The position numbers and the translations under genes were made by a program. The notes under the pieces were generated by a model. That model searched no databases. It saw only the letters and a program-made list of their open reading frames with translations, and was not told the origin of the DNA. 64,000 nucleotides of DNA. Origin: Candidatus Dormibacteria bacterium (GTDB lineage Bacteria > Chloroflexota > Dormibacteria > Aeolococcales > Bog-877). This document shows, piece after piece, positions 41,067-51,558 of the stretch. The DNA lies in the NCBI GenBank assembly GCA_050734135.1, contig JBOHUG010000054.1, positions 8,189-72,188 on the forward strand, in the 5' to 3' direction. Numbering within the stretch: the first letter of the stretch is position 1; each line of letters begins with the position of its first letter.

Positions 41067-41725
41067 GCGGAATCCGCATCCTCCCCTGACCAACAGGCGG
41101 GAGGGCGAGGGTCAAGAACCCACCCCGCCGCCAACAGGCGGTGTGGATCTCCCCGGGGACCGGAACCACCTCAGTTAGGGAGAGGGTCGGCCGGGACCTC
41201 CACCTCGCACGACCGTGTCGGCGTGCAGATGCCGGGCGCTATGCCCGCTGATCGTCCCGGCAGTTCCTGGCTGGAGCTCGCGGTCCTTCGCTCCTGGGTC
41301 AGTTTCAACTGGTCTGCTCGCCGATCGGGCGACCTCTCTCCCAAGCTGGTCACGACCTCCTCAGGAGGGTCGTGACCGTGAGACTGGTCGCTACTGAGCC
41401 AGCGGAAAGCGTCGCCTTGGGCTGCGGTCGATGTCGCAGCCATACGGCAGCCGTCCAGGAGGGGGGGCGGCCTCGTCCGTCCCCTGCTCGGGCTGCCGAA
41501 GCTCTCGTGCAAGGCGCCAAACCCGCGCCGACTCGCGCTCGTCCGCCTGCCTCCTCGCCGTGTACTTCTGCGCCGCATACAGATTGATCATGACTTGATA
41601 TTAGCATATAGCTATACGACTGTCAAGGCTATGGATTGCAAGCTACCTGATCCCGTGGCCTAAACATAGGCGTGTCCGGCCTGTCTCGTTTTCAACTGCG
41701 TTGGAAATGATATAGTCGATTGGCT

Positions 41726-42730
41726 ATGACTCCTGTCGACGAGGGAACTGAGCCCACCAAGGCACGACCGCTTGTGGAACCGTCTGCGCCGATGGAGTTG
41801 CTCTGGCTGGGCCACCAGTTACTCAACCGGCAGCCCGGGGTTGCCGACCGGTTTGATGCGCTCGACGCGCAGCGGGTCGATCGCATCGCGGAGAGGCTGC
41901 GCTCGTTCTGGGGAGACGGTGTCAGCGGCGGTGCTGGGGAACTGGTGGTTCTGGCCGACTATGCCGGCCAGCTCTTCTCCCAGAGCTTGGACGGGCTCTT
42001 GGCCGACCTTCCCGGAGCGGCGATAGAACTCTCCAGGGTCGGCCTCCGCGCCGAGTCAACTGACGACCGGCGCCGCTTCGTCGAGAGGCTGACCCGCCTC
42101 CAAGGCGAGCCGGAGCTGCGGCGCCGATACGCGGGTGTCCTTCGCGATCTGTGGGAACCAATGCGGTCCGAGTGGGAATCGAACGCTCTACCCGAGGTAC
42201 TCCGTGTCTGCAGGCGCACGGCCCAGCGCCTCGACCTCGGAGTCCCGCTGCGGGAGGTGGTCCCAGCGGTAGCCGCAGTAAGCAGGAAGAAGCCGGAATG
42301 GCGGGCCCTGGTCGACAACGCGGAGGAGTCCGGACGGCTAGCCCTGATCCCGGGCTACTTCGGCGGGAGCTGGAGCATCTGGGACCTGCCGGATCACATG
42401 GTCGTGAGCTTTCGGGGTGACGCGGATCCGCTGACTGACGCCAAGAGCAGCGGTCAGCGGCTGGCCCCCAGGCTGCGCGCCCTGGGAGACCCCACTCGGC
42501 TTTCGATACTGCTCTACTTGGCCGAGAACTCCACCAGTGTCGGCCAGGTGGCACGCCGGTTCGATCTGGCGCAACCCACCGTCAGCGCGCACCTGCGAGC
42601 CCTGAGGGGGGCTGGCCTGGTGACCGGCACTCGGTCCCAGGGCCGGACCGTCTACCGAGTGGAACAGGGTCGACTGGCGCAGCTGCTCCAGGACCTCGCC
42701 GAGTCTTCAGGGATCGATCTGAGCAACTAG
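41726..42730 (+). CDS. ArsR/SmtB-family wHTH transcriptional regulator with ~230-aa N-terminal domain of unknown function
   Basis: C-terminal LGDPTRLSILLYLAENSTSVGQVARRFDLAQPTVSAHLRALRGAGLV is a classical ArsR HTH. The N-terminal domain has no recognisable catalytic motif. Confidence 0.7.
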   Translation: MTPVDEGTEPTKARPLVEPSAPMELLWLGHQLLNRQPGVADRFDALDAQRVDRIAERLRSFWGDGVSGGAGELVVLADYAGQLFSQSLDGLLADLPGAAIELSRVGLRAESTDDRRRFVERLTRLQGEPELRRRYAGVLRDLWEPMRSEWESNALPEVLRVCRRTAQRLDLGVPLREVVPAVAAVSRKKPEWRALVDNAEESGRLALIPGYFGGSWSIWDLPDHMVVSFRGDADPLTDAKSSGQRLAPRLRALGDPTRLSILLYLAENSTSVGQVARRFDLAQPTVSAHLRALRGAGLVTGTRSQGRTVYRVEQGRLAQLLQDLAESSGIDLSN

Positions 42731-43026
42731 CAGCTGTTCTACCTCCGGCGTCCCAGTTCTCCCCGCGGACCTCACCTCCGGCACGGACCTCCGCCGCGGT
42801 GAGTTCAACCCCAGCCCAGCGCCTGCTTGACAGCTTCTCCGGTCTCCTGCCATCCTCGCGGTGATAAGGGTGCTGGTGGAGAGCGAGCTTTCCGACGGCG
42901 CGATGCCACTCTCCAGTTCGGTCACCGCTCCGGCGGCAACGGTGTGCCGAACCGTCGCCTCCGGAGTGCTCATCAACCCGAGAGCTGGATACGGATCGAC
43001 GACCAGCAAATGGAGATCAGGTCTGG

Positions 43027-44745
43027 ATGGAACGCAGCATCCCCAACGTGAACCTCCCGAGCCGGGGCCTGGTCGTGGGGCGGGAACGAGCCGCGGCCCG
43101 AGCCATGTTGAAGGCGACCGGCCTCAGCGACGCCGACCTGGAGCGCCCGCTGATCGGAGTGGCTAACACATGGATCGAGACCATGCCCTGCAATCTCGGG
43201 CTGCGAGAGCTGGCGAAGCACGTAAAGGCGGGGATCCGGGCGGCGGGCGCCACCCCCCTGGAGTTCAACACGATCGCAATCAGCGATGGAGTTTCGATGG
43301 GAACCCAGGGGATGAAGGCCTCGCTGATAAGCCGGGAGCTGATCGCCGACTCCATCGAGCTCGTCTGTCGTGGCCACCTCCTGGACGGGGTGGTGGCGCT
43401 CGTGGCCTGTGACAAAACGATCCCTGGGGCCGCCATGGCCCTCGCCCGCCTCGACCTCCCCGGCTGCCTGCTCTACGGAGGCGCCATCCAGCCGGGTCGG
43501 TACCGCGACCGGGACGTGACCATCATCGACGTGTTCGAGGCGATCGGCAGCGTCGAGGCCGGCCGTATGACGGACCAGGAACTGGGCGAGCTCGAGGATG
43601 TCGCCTGCCCCGGGGTCGGCGCCTGCGGCGGTCAGTTCACCGCCAACACCATGGCCCTGGCGGTCGAGTTGCTGGGGATCGCCCCGCTGCAGTCTGGCGG
43701 GGTGGCGGCGACCGATCCCGCCAAACCAGCGGTGGCCAAGGAGGTGGGGGGGCTGGTGGTCGAGATGGTGCTGCGGGATCGCCGCCCAAGCTCGTATCTG
43801 AGTCCGGCGTCATTTCAGAACGCTGTGGCCGGGGTGATGGCGACCGGAGGTTCAACCAACGCCGTGCTCCACCTGCTCGCGATCGCCCGCGATGCCGGGG
43901 TTCCGCTGCTGATCGACGACTTCGACGTCATCAGCCAGCGCACCCCCTGGATCGCCGACCTTAGGCCCGGCGGCCGCTTCAACGCGGTCGACCTGACCCG
44001 GGCCGGGGGGGTGGCCCTGGTGGCGCGACGCCTCTTGGAGCGGGACCTCCTCCAGGGCGGGGCCGTAACCTGCACCGGGGAGACGCTGGCCGCCGCGGCC
44101 AGTGCCGCCGAGTCCACATCTCCCGAGCCCCCCGGGCAAGAGGTGGTCCGGAGCCTGGAGCGGCCGCTCACGGCGGCCGGAGGGACGGTGATCCTGCACG
44201 GACCGCTAGCCCCCGAGGGAGCCGTGGTCAAGGTGGCCGGCCACGAACGCCGACACCACACCGGCCCTGCCCGGGTCTTTGACTCCGAGGAGGAAGCGAT
44301 GGCCGCGGTCAAGGCGCAGCGGATCGAGGCGGGTGATGTGGTGGTCGTGCGCTATGAGGGACCCCGGGGAGGCCCGGGGATGCGGGAGATGCTCGGAGTC
44401 ACGGCGGCCCTGGTCGGCCAGGGACTGGGTGACTCGGTGGCGCTCATGACCGACGGGCGCTTCAGCGGTGCCACCCACGGGTTGATGGTAGGTCACGTCG
44501 CCCCGGAGGCTGCCGTAGGCGGTCCGATCGCGCTGATCGCTGACGGCGATGAGGTCACGATCGATGTCGACTCTCGAACCATCTCCGCCTCGGTATCACC
44601 GGGGGAGTGGAGCCGGCGCACGCAGGCGTGGCTCCCGCCCGCGCCTCTGACCGGAACCAGCGCCTTCGCCAGGTATGCCCACCTGGTGGGAACCGCCTCC
44701 CGGGGCGCGGTGGTGGCGGTGGGAGAGTCGGCGGAACGGTCCTGA
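43027..44745 (+). CDS. ilvD: dihydroxy-acid dehydratase
   Basis: ILVD_EDD family motifs ([31 protein letters not shown]) with Fe-S ligand cysteines. Confidence 0.85.
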   Translation: MERSIPNVNLPSRGLVVGRERAAARAMLKATGLSDADLERPLIGVANTWIETMPCNLGLRELAKHVKAGIRAAGATPLEFNTIAISDGVSMGTQGMKASLISRELIADSIELVCRGHLLDGVVALVACDKTIPGAAMALARLDLPGCLLYGGAIQPGRYRDRDVTIIDVFEAIGSVEAGRMTDQELGELEDVACPGVGACGGQFTANTMALAVELLGIAPLQSGGVAATDPAKPAVAKEVGGLVVEMVLRDRRPSSYLSPASFQNAVAGVMATGGSTNAVLHLLAIARDAGVPLLIDDFDVISQRTPWIADLRPGGRFNAVDLTRAGGVALVARRLLERDLLQGGAVTCTGETLAAAASAAESTSPEPPGQEVVRSLERPLTAAGGTVILHGPLAPEGAVVKVAGHERRHHTGPARVFDSEEEAMAAVKAQRIEAGDVVVVRYEGPRGGPGMREMLGVTAALVGQGLGDSVALMTDGRFSGATHGLMVGHVAPEAAVGGPIALIADGDEVTIDVDSRTISASVSPGEWSRRTQAWLPPAPLTGTSAFARYAHLVGTASRGAVVAVGESAERS

Positions 44746-45590
44746 TCAGCCCCGGCCCCAACGTCGGCGCGGCGCTCTCGGTTTCCTATCAAGGAGAGCC
44801 GGGGGCGTACTCCGATGAGGCCGCTCAGCAGCTCTTCCCGGGGATCGGGACCGTGGGCTATCCCACCTTCGCCGGCGCAGCCGCCGGGGTCGAGGCGGGG
44901 GCCTCACAGGCCGCCGTGCTGCCGGTCGAGAACAGTGTTGCTGGCGTGGTCCAGGAGGTCTCGGATCTGCTCTGGCAGCACCCCGGACTCACAGTGGTTC
45001 AGGAGCACGTCAGCCCCATTCGCCATCATCTGCTGAGCCGCGGTCAGGAGCCGGTCCGGCGGGCTCTCTCGCACCCCCAGGCGCTCGCCCAGTGCGCCTC
45101 TTGGCTGGCGCGGCATCAGATCACCCCTATCCCCGTACATGACACCGCCGGAGCGGCCCGGCAGATCGCTGAGCAGACATCGCCTGGGGACGGTGCCATC
45201 GCCAGCCGCGCCGCCGCCGAGCGCTACCAGCTCCAGATCGTCGCCTCCGACATCGCCGACCAGCCCAGCAACCGCACCCGCTTTCTGGTGGTGCGGCGCA
45301 GTCCCCAGTCCAGCCCCTCGACGGGGGCGTTGAAGTTGGCTCTGGGCATCGTGGCGGAGCACCGGCCAGGCGGTCTGGCCCAGGTCCTGGAAGTCTTCGC
45401 CGGCCAAGCTGTCAATCTGACCCGTCTGGACTCCCGACCGATCCCTGAGCAACCTTTCAACTACCGCTTTTATCTGGACGCAGAGATCGCGGACGCGCAA
45501 CAGTTGGAAGCTCTACTAGCCTCCTTGGAGGCCGCCACCACCGAGCTCCGGCTGTTCGGCGCCTACCCACTTCGGATTGCTCCTGACTGA
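44742..45590 (+). CDS. pheA: prephenate dehydratase
   Basis: PDT domain ([22 protein letters not shown]-like LDSRP) plus a C-terminal ACT domain. No canonical start codon lies near the conserved N-terminus. In-frame ATG at 44607 or GTG at 44628 would overlap ilvD by about 120-140 nt. CTG at 44742 or ATC at 44745 abut the ilvD stop. The start is unresolved. Confidence 0.6.
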   Translation: MISPGPNVGAALSVSYQGEPGAYSDEAAQQLFPGIGTVGYPTFAGAAAGVEAGASQAAVLPVENSVAGVVQEVSDLLWQHPGLTVVQEHVSPIRHHLLSRGQEPVRRALSHPQALAQCASWLARHQITPIPVHDTAGAARQIAEQTSPGDGAIASRAAAERYQLQIVASDIADQPSNRTRFLVVRRSPQSSPSTGALKLALGIVAEHRPGGLAQVLEVFAGQAVNLTRLDSRPIPEQPFNYRFYLDAEIADAQQLEALLASLEAATTELRLFGAYPLRIAPD

Positions 45591-45596
45591 GCATTC

Positions 45597-45619
45597 AGCC
45601 CGTGCCGCGGCACCGGCTG
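45597..45619. terminator. GC-rich hairpin between convergent pheA and GT87 genes (possible bidirectional terminator)
   Basis: Imperfect inverted repeat CCCGTGCCGCGGCACCGG. No clear U-tract. Confidence 0.25.
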
Positions 45620-45622
45620 CTC

Positions 45623-47264
45623 TCACCCGGACTCCGTCGTCGCCGGCAGCGGCAGGTTGGAGGGATGGGGAGCTGGTACCGGGAGCCGGGCCAGAACCAA
45701 GACTGGAGCCTCGGAGAGGGGCCGGAAGTTCCGTTCTAGGTACTCCTCCAGTTTCCGGTTCCAGGGGATCCGCGAGCCGCTGAGTGGGGTCAGGACGACG
45801 TAGTCGGCTCGCCGGAAGAGACCGAGCCAGGTCGGCGCTGCCCGCTGCGCCCCCCGGCTGCCGGGCACCTGGCTTCCTGAGATGGCGATGGTGGTGCCGA
45901 GGGCGTCGACCAGGTCGGGGCAGTCGGAGGACGTCGCCACGAAGCGGTTGGCGGTGAGAGTGTATTCGGGGTCGTCGGTCACCACACAGCTGCCCCCCGG
46001 GATTAGAGCCGCGAGCTGCGCGCCCGGGGTCGGTGCGCGCTGGAGTAGGATCGGGATCGCCAAGGCGTGCAGCAGCCCTACGAACCCCACCAGGGCCACC
46101 AAGGCGAGTACCGGCCGGGGATTGCCAGCGGCGGAGGCGCCCGACTGCCAGGGCCAGCAGCAGGGCCAGGAACGGTCCCAAGAACGCCGCATAGTGGTAG
46201 AAGAAGTCTGCCGGGACGAGAAGCGCGACGCCTGTCAGCAGGGTGCAGGCCAAGGCGAACAGCTCCAGCTGGCTGAGGTGTCCGTAGCCAGCGGACGCGG
46301 CCCGGCTACCACTCCTCCGAGGTCTCGAAAGCGAACTTCCGTACCCGGCCAGGACCACTACCGCGATCCCGATCACCGCTGCAGCGGCCAGCGGTTCGTA
46401 CAGATGCCCCGGGGGCACCCCCAGCCCCGGCCAGACCCCGGTCAGGAATTCGAGACGGATCAGGGGGGCGATGGCGGAGGCTCCGGTGCGGCCCGCCTGG
46501 TCGACCACAACCTGATGCCAGAACGCCACCGGGGCCGAGACCAGGAAGGGAATGGCGGGGAGAAGCCACCCCACTGCGGCGCTCACCACCAGCCGGGCAT
46601 CGCGAGGCGGTCGGGGAAGCCAGAGCAGCACCAGGATCACCGCTGGAAAGGCCGCCCAGAGTTTGACGTCAGCCCCAACCCCGAGGGCCACCCCGGCCCA
46701 GAAGATCCTGCCCCTGGAGCTGGTCAGCTGATCCCCCTCGAAGATCGCGACCAGGGCCAGAAGACAGAAGAGGATCACGAACGGCTCCAGCAGCAGGGCG
46801 GTGGAGGCGAGGATGTCATCCGGGTAGACGGCCAGAATCAGGCACCCGACCGCCACAACCAGCCGGGAGCGATGGCGGAGTAGCAGCCCCACCAGCACCA
46901 CGTTGGCACCTGCGACCAAAGGGACCGCCAGCCGAGCCAGCTCCAGCGCGCGAGCGGTGCCGGTCCAGTTGGCGAGGAGCGCGAACGGTGTGAGTAGGAG
47001 GGTCAGGCCGGGTGGCTGGATCAGCACGAAGTCCCGGTAGGGCAGGTGACCATGGACCAGCATCACCGCCGAGCCGAAGTAGACCCCGTCGTCGTATTCG
47101 AAGGCGCCGTTCAGGTGATGGGTCAGGACCAGAGTCGCCACTCGGATGGCCACGGCCACTATCGCCGTTGCCGCGACGATCGTCCGCCAATTCCAGGTAA
47201 CTGCTCGGACCGGGGCGCGCTGATCCCTCGGCTCGTCGGTCCACGGGCTGACCCATTTGCTCAC
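45623..47264 (-). pseudogene. glycosyltransferase family 87 (DUF2029, PimE-like membrane mannosyltransferase), frameshifted
   Basis: N-terminal roughly 360 aa in one frame are polytopic, ending ...YHYAAFLGPFLALLLALAVGRL. The homologous C-terminal 180 aa (NPRPVLALVALVGFVGLLHALAIPILLQ...DPEYTLTANRF...) are in the +1 frame (ORF 45623..46192). The shift maps to 46100-46140 and is consistent with one extra G in the G4 run at 46117-46120. Confidence 0.55.
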
Positions 47265-47539
47265 CTCAGCCTGCGACTCCAGTACCCATCGTCAAGGTTC
47301 TCTTCTTCGCAGCGGTCGGCGCGCGGGCGTCGGTCTAAGTGCGCTCGAGCTCCGCCGGACCAAGCTGACCCGCCTCCAACAGTGAGTCTCCGTGATAGCA
47401 GTCGCAATTAATCCCAGCACCGCCTCAATCGTGACCGGGGCCTCGGCTACAGAGCATGCAGGAGCTCCGAGGGGAGGGCTGGTTGGGACGAAGGGAGCCC
47501 CGGAGTCTATCCGGCGAAGCCAGCGGAATCCCCAACAAA

Positions 47540-47983
47540 TCAAGCCTTTTTGGCGGCGATGATGGAGTTGAGGGCCTCATCCTGGGCGGCCAGATGGGCC
47601 TGGATCTGCATCGCTTCGTGAAGCACCGCCTCGGCGTCCGCGTACGTGTTCTCGGCTCGCTTGTCCGCTGCCGCGCTCTGAATATTGGTGCCCACGATGA
47701 TGATGCTCAAGAGCACCAACTGCAGGAAGGTTTGCGCCACCCAGGCGATGACGCCTTCCCCGCCGGGCTTCAGTGCAGCCGGCAGTCCCACCAGTGCCAG
47801 GATGGCGAAAATGTAGGCGCACCACATGCTGCCGACTCCGGTGGTGATTTTGACCGCCAGCCAGGAATTGGCGCGATTGGCGACGTTGCTGCGGTCCAGC
47901 TGATCTTGGACCTTGACGGGGCCCCCGGTCTTACCTTCGAGGACGGCGGTCGTGTGCGGGTGAGGCTTGTGGGTGAAGTTCAT
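47540..47983 (-). CDS. DUF1003 family membrane protein
   Basis: 147 aa with two TM segments and a C-terminal coiled region ADKRAENTYADAEAVLHEAMQIQAHL, typical of DUF1003. Confidence 0.6.
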   Translation of the reverse strand: MNFTHKPHPHTTAVLEGKTGGPVKVQDQLDRSNVANRANSWLAVKITTGVGSMWCAYIFAILALVGLPAALKPGGEGVIAWVAQTFLQLVLLSIIIVGTNIQSAAADKRAENTYADAEAVLHEAMQIQAHLAAQDEALNSIIAAKKA

Positions 47984-48329
47984 GACCCTCCTAAGAGTTC
48001 TTTACTACGCTTGCAAAAGCTTGGCGTCGGGCGGAAACCCAGGCGCAAGTGCGACGCCTGTTGCAGGACTTCAATCGCGCCCCGTCCGCGCCGGGGCAGG
48101 GTGGAGGGTGCTGGCTCGCAAAGCGTCACCGAAGGCACATCCGCAGGAGGGTCCCTGTGCTCGGTTACAACGATTCCCGTCGGACACCGCGGCGATCTTA
48201 CGGTCAGGATGACTCCTACGGGAACCACCAGGCAATCTGAGTGGTTGCCAAGAGCTTGGCGGCAAGCGTCCGATCCGACGCCTCACCGGTAGCAACACCT
48301 CGACCGTTAGGCCCGGATCTGCACCGAAT

Positions 48330-49631
48330 CTAGCTGATTGGGGGTGCTCCGATCATGACCGCCGCCACCGTGACATTGGTCTCGGGATCGATCACTATCA
48401 GACTGCCAGTGACCCGGCTGTCGCGGTACCGGTCCGCGGCCAGCGGGGCGGAGAAGCGCCAGCGAACGACGCCGATGTCGTTGGCAGAGAGGCTCGTCGC
48501 CGGCGCCAGGCGCAGAGTAGTCAGATCGAGCCGGCTGTCAATCCCCAACACCTCCCCCGTCGTCAATCGAGTGGTGTGTTTGATCAGGAAACGCTGGCCC
48601 GGGTCGAGGCGCCGCTCGGCGAACCAGCACACGGTGGTCAGCTGGTCACGGCCGACCGGCGGGGGATCGGCGGCGGCGGCGATCAGATCACCACGCTCGA
48701 TGGCGAAATCATGGGCCAGTGCGAGCGAGATGGACAGCGGGGCCTGCGCCGCGGGCACAGCCTCGCTCAGGGTCGCCAGGCTGGCGACCTGGGAGCGGCG
48801 GCCCGAGGGCAGCAGCACCACCTCGTCTCCGGTGCGGAGTCCCCCCCGCCCGGACAGCATCCCGGCGATCCGCACCGAGCCGTCGACCTGGGGGATCACC
48901 GCCTGGACGGGGAGACGCGCCCCCGTGCTCCCCTGGTCGGTGAAGGTCGCGGTGGGGCCCTGTTCCAACGCTTCCAACACGGTTGGACCGCGGTACCAGT
49001 CGACTCGGCGTGATCGTTCCACCACGTTGTCTCCATGGAGCGCCGAGATTGGCACCGCCTGGACCGTGGCTCCGCCCAGCTGCTGGGCCAGCTCCCGCAT
49101 CTGCTCGGCGACTTCGCGGTAGCTCGCCTCCTCCCAGCTGATCAGATCCATCTTGTTGACCGCCACCAGGAGGTGGCGGACGCCAAAGAGTAGCGCCAGC
49201 GCCGTGTGGCGCCGGGTCTGCTCGCGCAGGCCTTTGGTGATGTCGACAACCACCAGGGCGAGGTCGGCAGTCGAGGCTCCGCTGGCCATGTTCCTGGTGT
49301 ATTCCAGGTGACCCGGGCAGTCGGCGATCACCAGCTTTCGGTGCGGCGTCACCGCGTACCGATAGGCGACGTCAATGGTGATCCCCTGGTCCCGCTCTGC
49401 CTTGAGACCGTCGGTGGCGAAGCTGAGGTTCAGCGCGGTTTGACCCCGGGCCAGGCTGGCGCACTCCAGCGCCGCCAGTTGATCGTCGGTGAGCTGATCG
49501 GAGTCATGCAACAAGCGTCCGATCAGGGTTGACTTGCCATCGTCAACTGCACCCACCGCCGCCAGTCGGAGCAGGGTCGACTCGCTGGCGGAGGCGGCAG
49601 GAGGCGAAATGGTGCCGGGGCCAGCGGTCAA
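48330..49631 (-). CDS. cysN: sulfate adenylyltransferase subunit 1 (GTPase)
   Basis: G1 VDDGKST, G3 DCPGH, G4 NKMD. No fused APS-kinase domain. TTG start overlapping the cysD stop (TTGA). Confidence 0.85.
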   Translation of the reverse strand: MTAGPGTISPPAASASESTLLRLAAVGAVDDGKSTLIGRLLHDSDQLTDDQLAALECASLARGQTALNLSFATDGLKAERDQGITIDVAYRYAVTPHRKLVIADCPGHLEYTRNMASGASTADLALVVVDITKGLREQTRRHTALALLFGVRHLLVAVNKMDLISWEEASYREVAEQMRELAQQLGGATVQAVPISALHGDNVVERSRRVDWYRGPTVLEALEQGPTATFTDQGSTGARLPVQAVIPQVDGSVRIAGMLSGRGGLRTGDEVVLLPSGRRSQVASLATLSEAVPAAQAPLSISLALAHDFAIERGDLIAAAADPPPVGRDQLTTVCWFAERRLDPGQRFLIKHTTRLTTGEVLGIDSRLDLTTLRLAPATSLSANDIGVVRWRFSAPLAADRYRDSRVTGSLIVIDPETNVTVAAVMIGAPPIS

Positions 49632-50584
49632 AAGTAGCCCTCGCGTTTGCGGTCCTCCATCGAGCTTTCGGAGAACTTGTCATCGCCGCGGGTGGCCCCG
49701 CGCTCGCTGAGGCGGGAATGGGAGATCTCGGCGATCACCTCGTCGACGGTGACCGCTCGGGAGCGCACCGCCCCGGTCAGAGTTGCGTCGCCGACAGTTC
49801 GGTAGCGCACGCTGAGCCGCATCGCCGCCTCGTCGGGATCGGGCACCACCCACTCCGAGACCGCCAGCAGCATCCCTTGGCGCTCCACCACCTCGCGCTG
49901 GTGGGCGTAGTAGATGGACGGCAGCTCCATGTGCTCCCGGCGGATGTAGTGCCAGACATCCAGCTCGGTCCAGTCGGAGAGCGGGAAGACCCGCAGGTGC
50001 TCGCCTTGGCCCGCACCGCCGTGGTAGAGATTCCAGAGTTCGGGACGCTGGCGGTCCGGCTGCCAACTGCCCCGGCGATCCCGCACGGAGAGGATTCGCT
50101 CCTTGGCCCGGGCCTTGTCCTCGTCGCGGCGCGCTCCCCCGATGCAGGCGTCGAATCCGTGGTCGCTGATCGCCTCCATCAAGGTCACGCTCTGGATGCG
50201 GTTGCGCGACTGTCCAGGGCCAGGATCCCCCACCCGACCGCTGTCGATCGAGTCCTGGACGCGGCCCACCCGGAGATCCGCCGCCAGCTGGCGCACCCGC
50301 CGGTCACGGAACTCGATGGTCTCTGGAAAGTTGTGGCCGGTGTCCACGTGGAGCAGCGGGAACGGGATAGGTCCTGGTTGGAACGCCTTCTCGGCCAGCC
50401 GTAGCAACACCGCCGAGTCCTTGCCGCCACTGAACAGCAGGGCTGGGCGCCGGCACTCGGCTGCCACCTCTCGGAGCACAAAGACGGAGTGACTCTCCAA
50501 GACCTCCAGGTAATCGGGGCCGACCGGAACCTCGGCAGGCGCCGGAGCCGGGTGAGCCACGGGAACCGAAGTGCTCTGGACCAA
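49628..50584 (-). CDS. cysD: sulfate adenylyltransferase subunit 2
   Basis: PAPS-reductase-like ATP PPase motif LFSGGKDSAV. CysD-family length. Confidence 0.85.
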   Translation of the reverse strand: MVQSTSVPVAHPAPAPAEVPVGPDYLEVLESHSVFVLREVAAECRRPALLFSGGKDSAVLLRLAEKAFQPGPIPFPLLHVDTGHNFPETIEFRDRRVRQLAADLRVGRVQDSIDSGRVGDPGPGQSRNRIQSVTLMEAISDHGFDACIGGARRDEDKARAKERILSVRDRRGSWQPDRQRPELWNLYHGGAGQGEHLRVFPLSDWTELDVWHYIRREHMELPSIYYAHQREVVERQGMLLAVSEWVVPDPDEAAMRLSVRYRTVGDATLTGAVRSRAVTVDEVIAEISHSRLSERGATRGDDKFSESSMEDRKREGYF

Positions 50585-50741
50585 AGGGCGCTCCCCGGGT
50601 GGTGACTCCCGGCGTCCGAGGAGATGCCGGAAGGGGTGGTTTAAAACTACGGGGGAGGCTAGCTAAGGTGCCTCCCAGGTAAGTCTACTAGGATGATGGT
50701 GTTTCCCGAGCCAGCAGTCCGGCAACGGGTACAACAAGGAG

Positions 50742-51422
50742 GTGCGGATGGTCACAGTCAGAGGGGTCGAGATGGAGGAGGCCGAGTTGGTCACGTTGTC
50801 GGCTGGCCTTGAGGAAGCGGGCGCGCTCGAGACGATTCGCTGGTGCGTGGAGCGCTTCGGTGCCGGGGTGGCCCTGGCCTGCTCCTTTCAGGACTGCGTC
50901 ATCGTCGACCTGGCGGTCCGCGTCGATCCGGGGCTGGAGGTGATCTTCCTCGACACCGAGTCTCACTTTCCGGAGACCCTGGCATTTGTGGAACTGGTTC
51001 GCGATCGCTACCGGCTCCACCTGACGGTGACCCACCCCAGCCCGGAGGCGGACAGCTGGCCTTGCGGCAGCAGCGAGTGCTGCCAGCGGCGCAAGGTCGA
51101 GCCGCTTTTCCGTGCCCTGGCGGGCAAGTCCGCCTGGCTAACAGGTCTCAAACGTTGCGACGCTGCCACCCGTGCCGTGACACCGGTGGTGTCCTGGGAC
51201 CACGCACGCCAGATGGTCAAGGTCAATCCGCTAGCGGCTTGGACTGACGCCGACATCGCGAGCTACATCGCCGACCACGACCTCCCCGTCCACCCGCTGC
51301 TGGCCCAGGGCTACCTCTCCATCGGCTGCGCCCCCACCACCCGACCAGTGCGGCCCGGGGAGGACCCGAGGGCGGGGCGGTGGTCGGAGAGCGAAAAAAC
51401 CGAGTGCGGTCTCCACAGTTGA
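50742..51422 (+). CDS. cysH: adenylyl-sulfate (APS)/PAPS reductase, thioredoxin-dependent
   Basis: PP-loop LACSFQDCVIVDLA. Cys cluster CC...C at SSECCQRR and C-terminal KTECGLHS, which fits an Fe-S-containing APS reductase subtype. Divergent from cysDN. Confidence 0.8.
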   Translation: MRMVTVRGVEMEEAELVTLSAGLEEAGALETIRWCVERFGAGVALACSFQDCVIVDLAVRVDPGLEVIFLDTESHFPETLAFVELVRDRYRLHLTVTHPSPEADSWPCGSSECCQRRKVEPLFRALAGKSAWLTGLKRCDAATRAVTPVVSWDHARQMVKVNPLAAWTDADIASYIADHDLPVHPLLAQGYLSIGCAPTTRPVRPGEDPRAGRWSESEKTECGLHS

Positions 51423-51558
51423 AATTACCCGGGTTCCGCGACGCCCAAGACTCACTTTCCTCTGTGCTGTTACAGCGCTACTGGTGTCTACCCGAGCGTC
51501 TCGGTACGGGCTGACTTTCAAGGCCTCACCGAGCTGCCGACGCTCGGAGCCCTGGGGA

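Noticed and set aside
41171-41578. 135-aa minus-strand ORF in the large non-coding region.
   Set aside because: Arg/Ser-rich low-complexity translation, with no SD and no similarity. Treated as non-coding.
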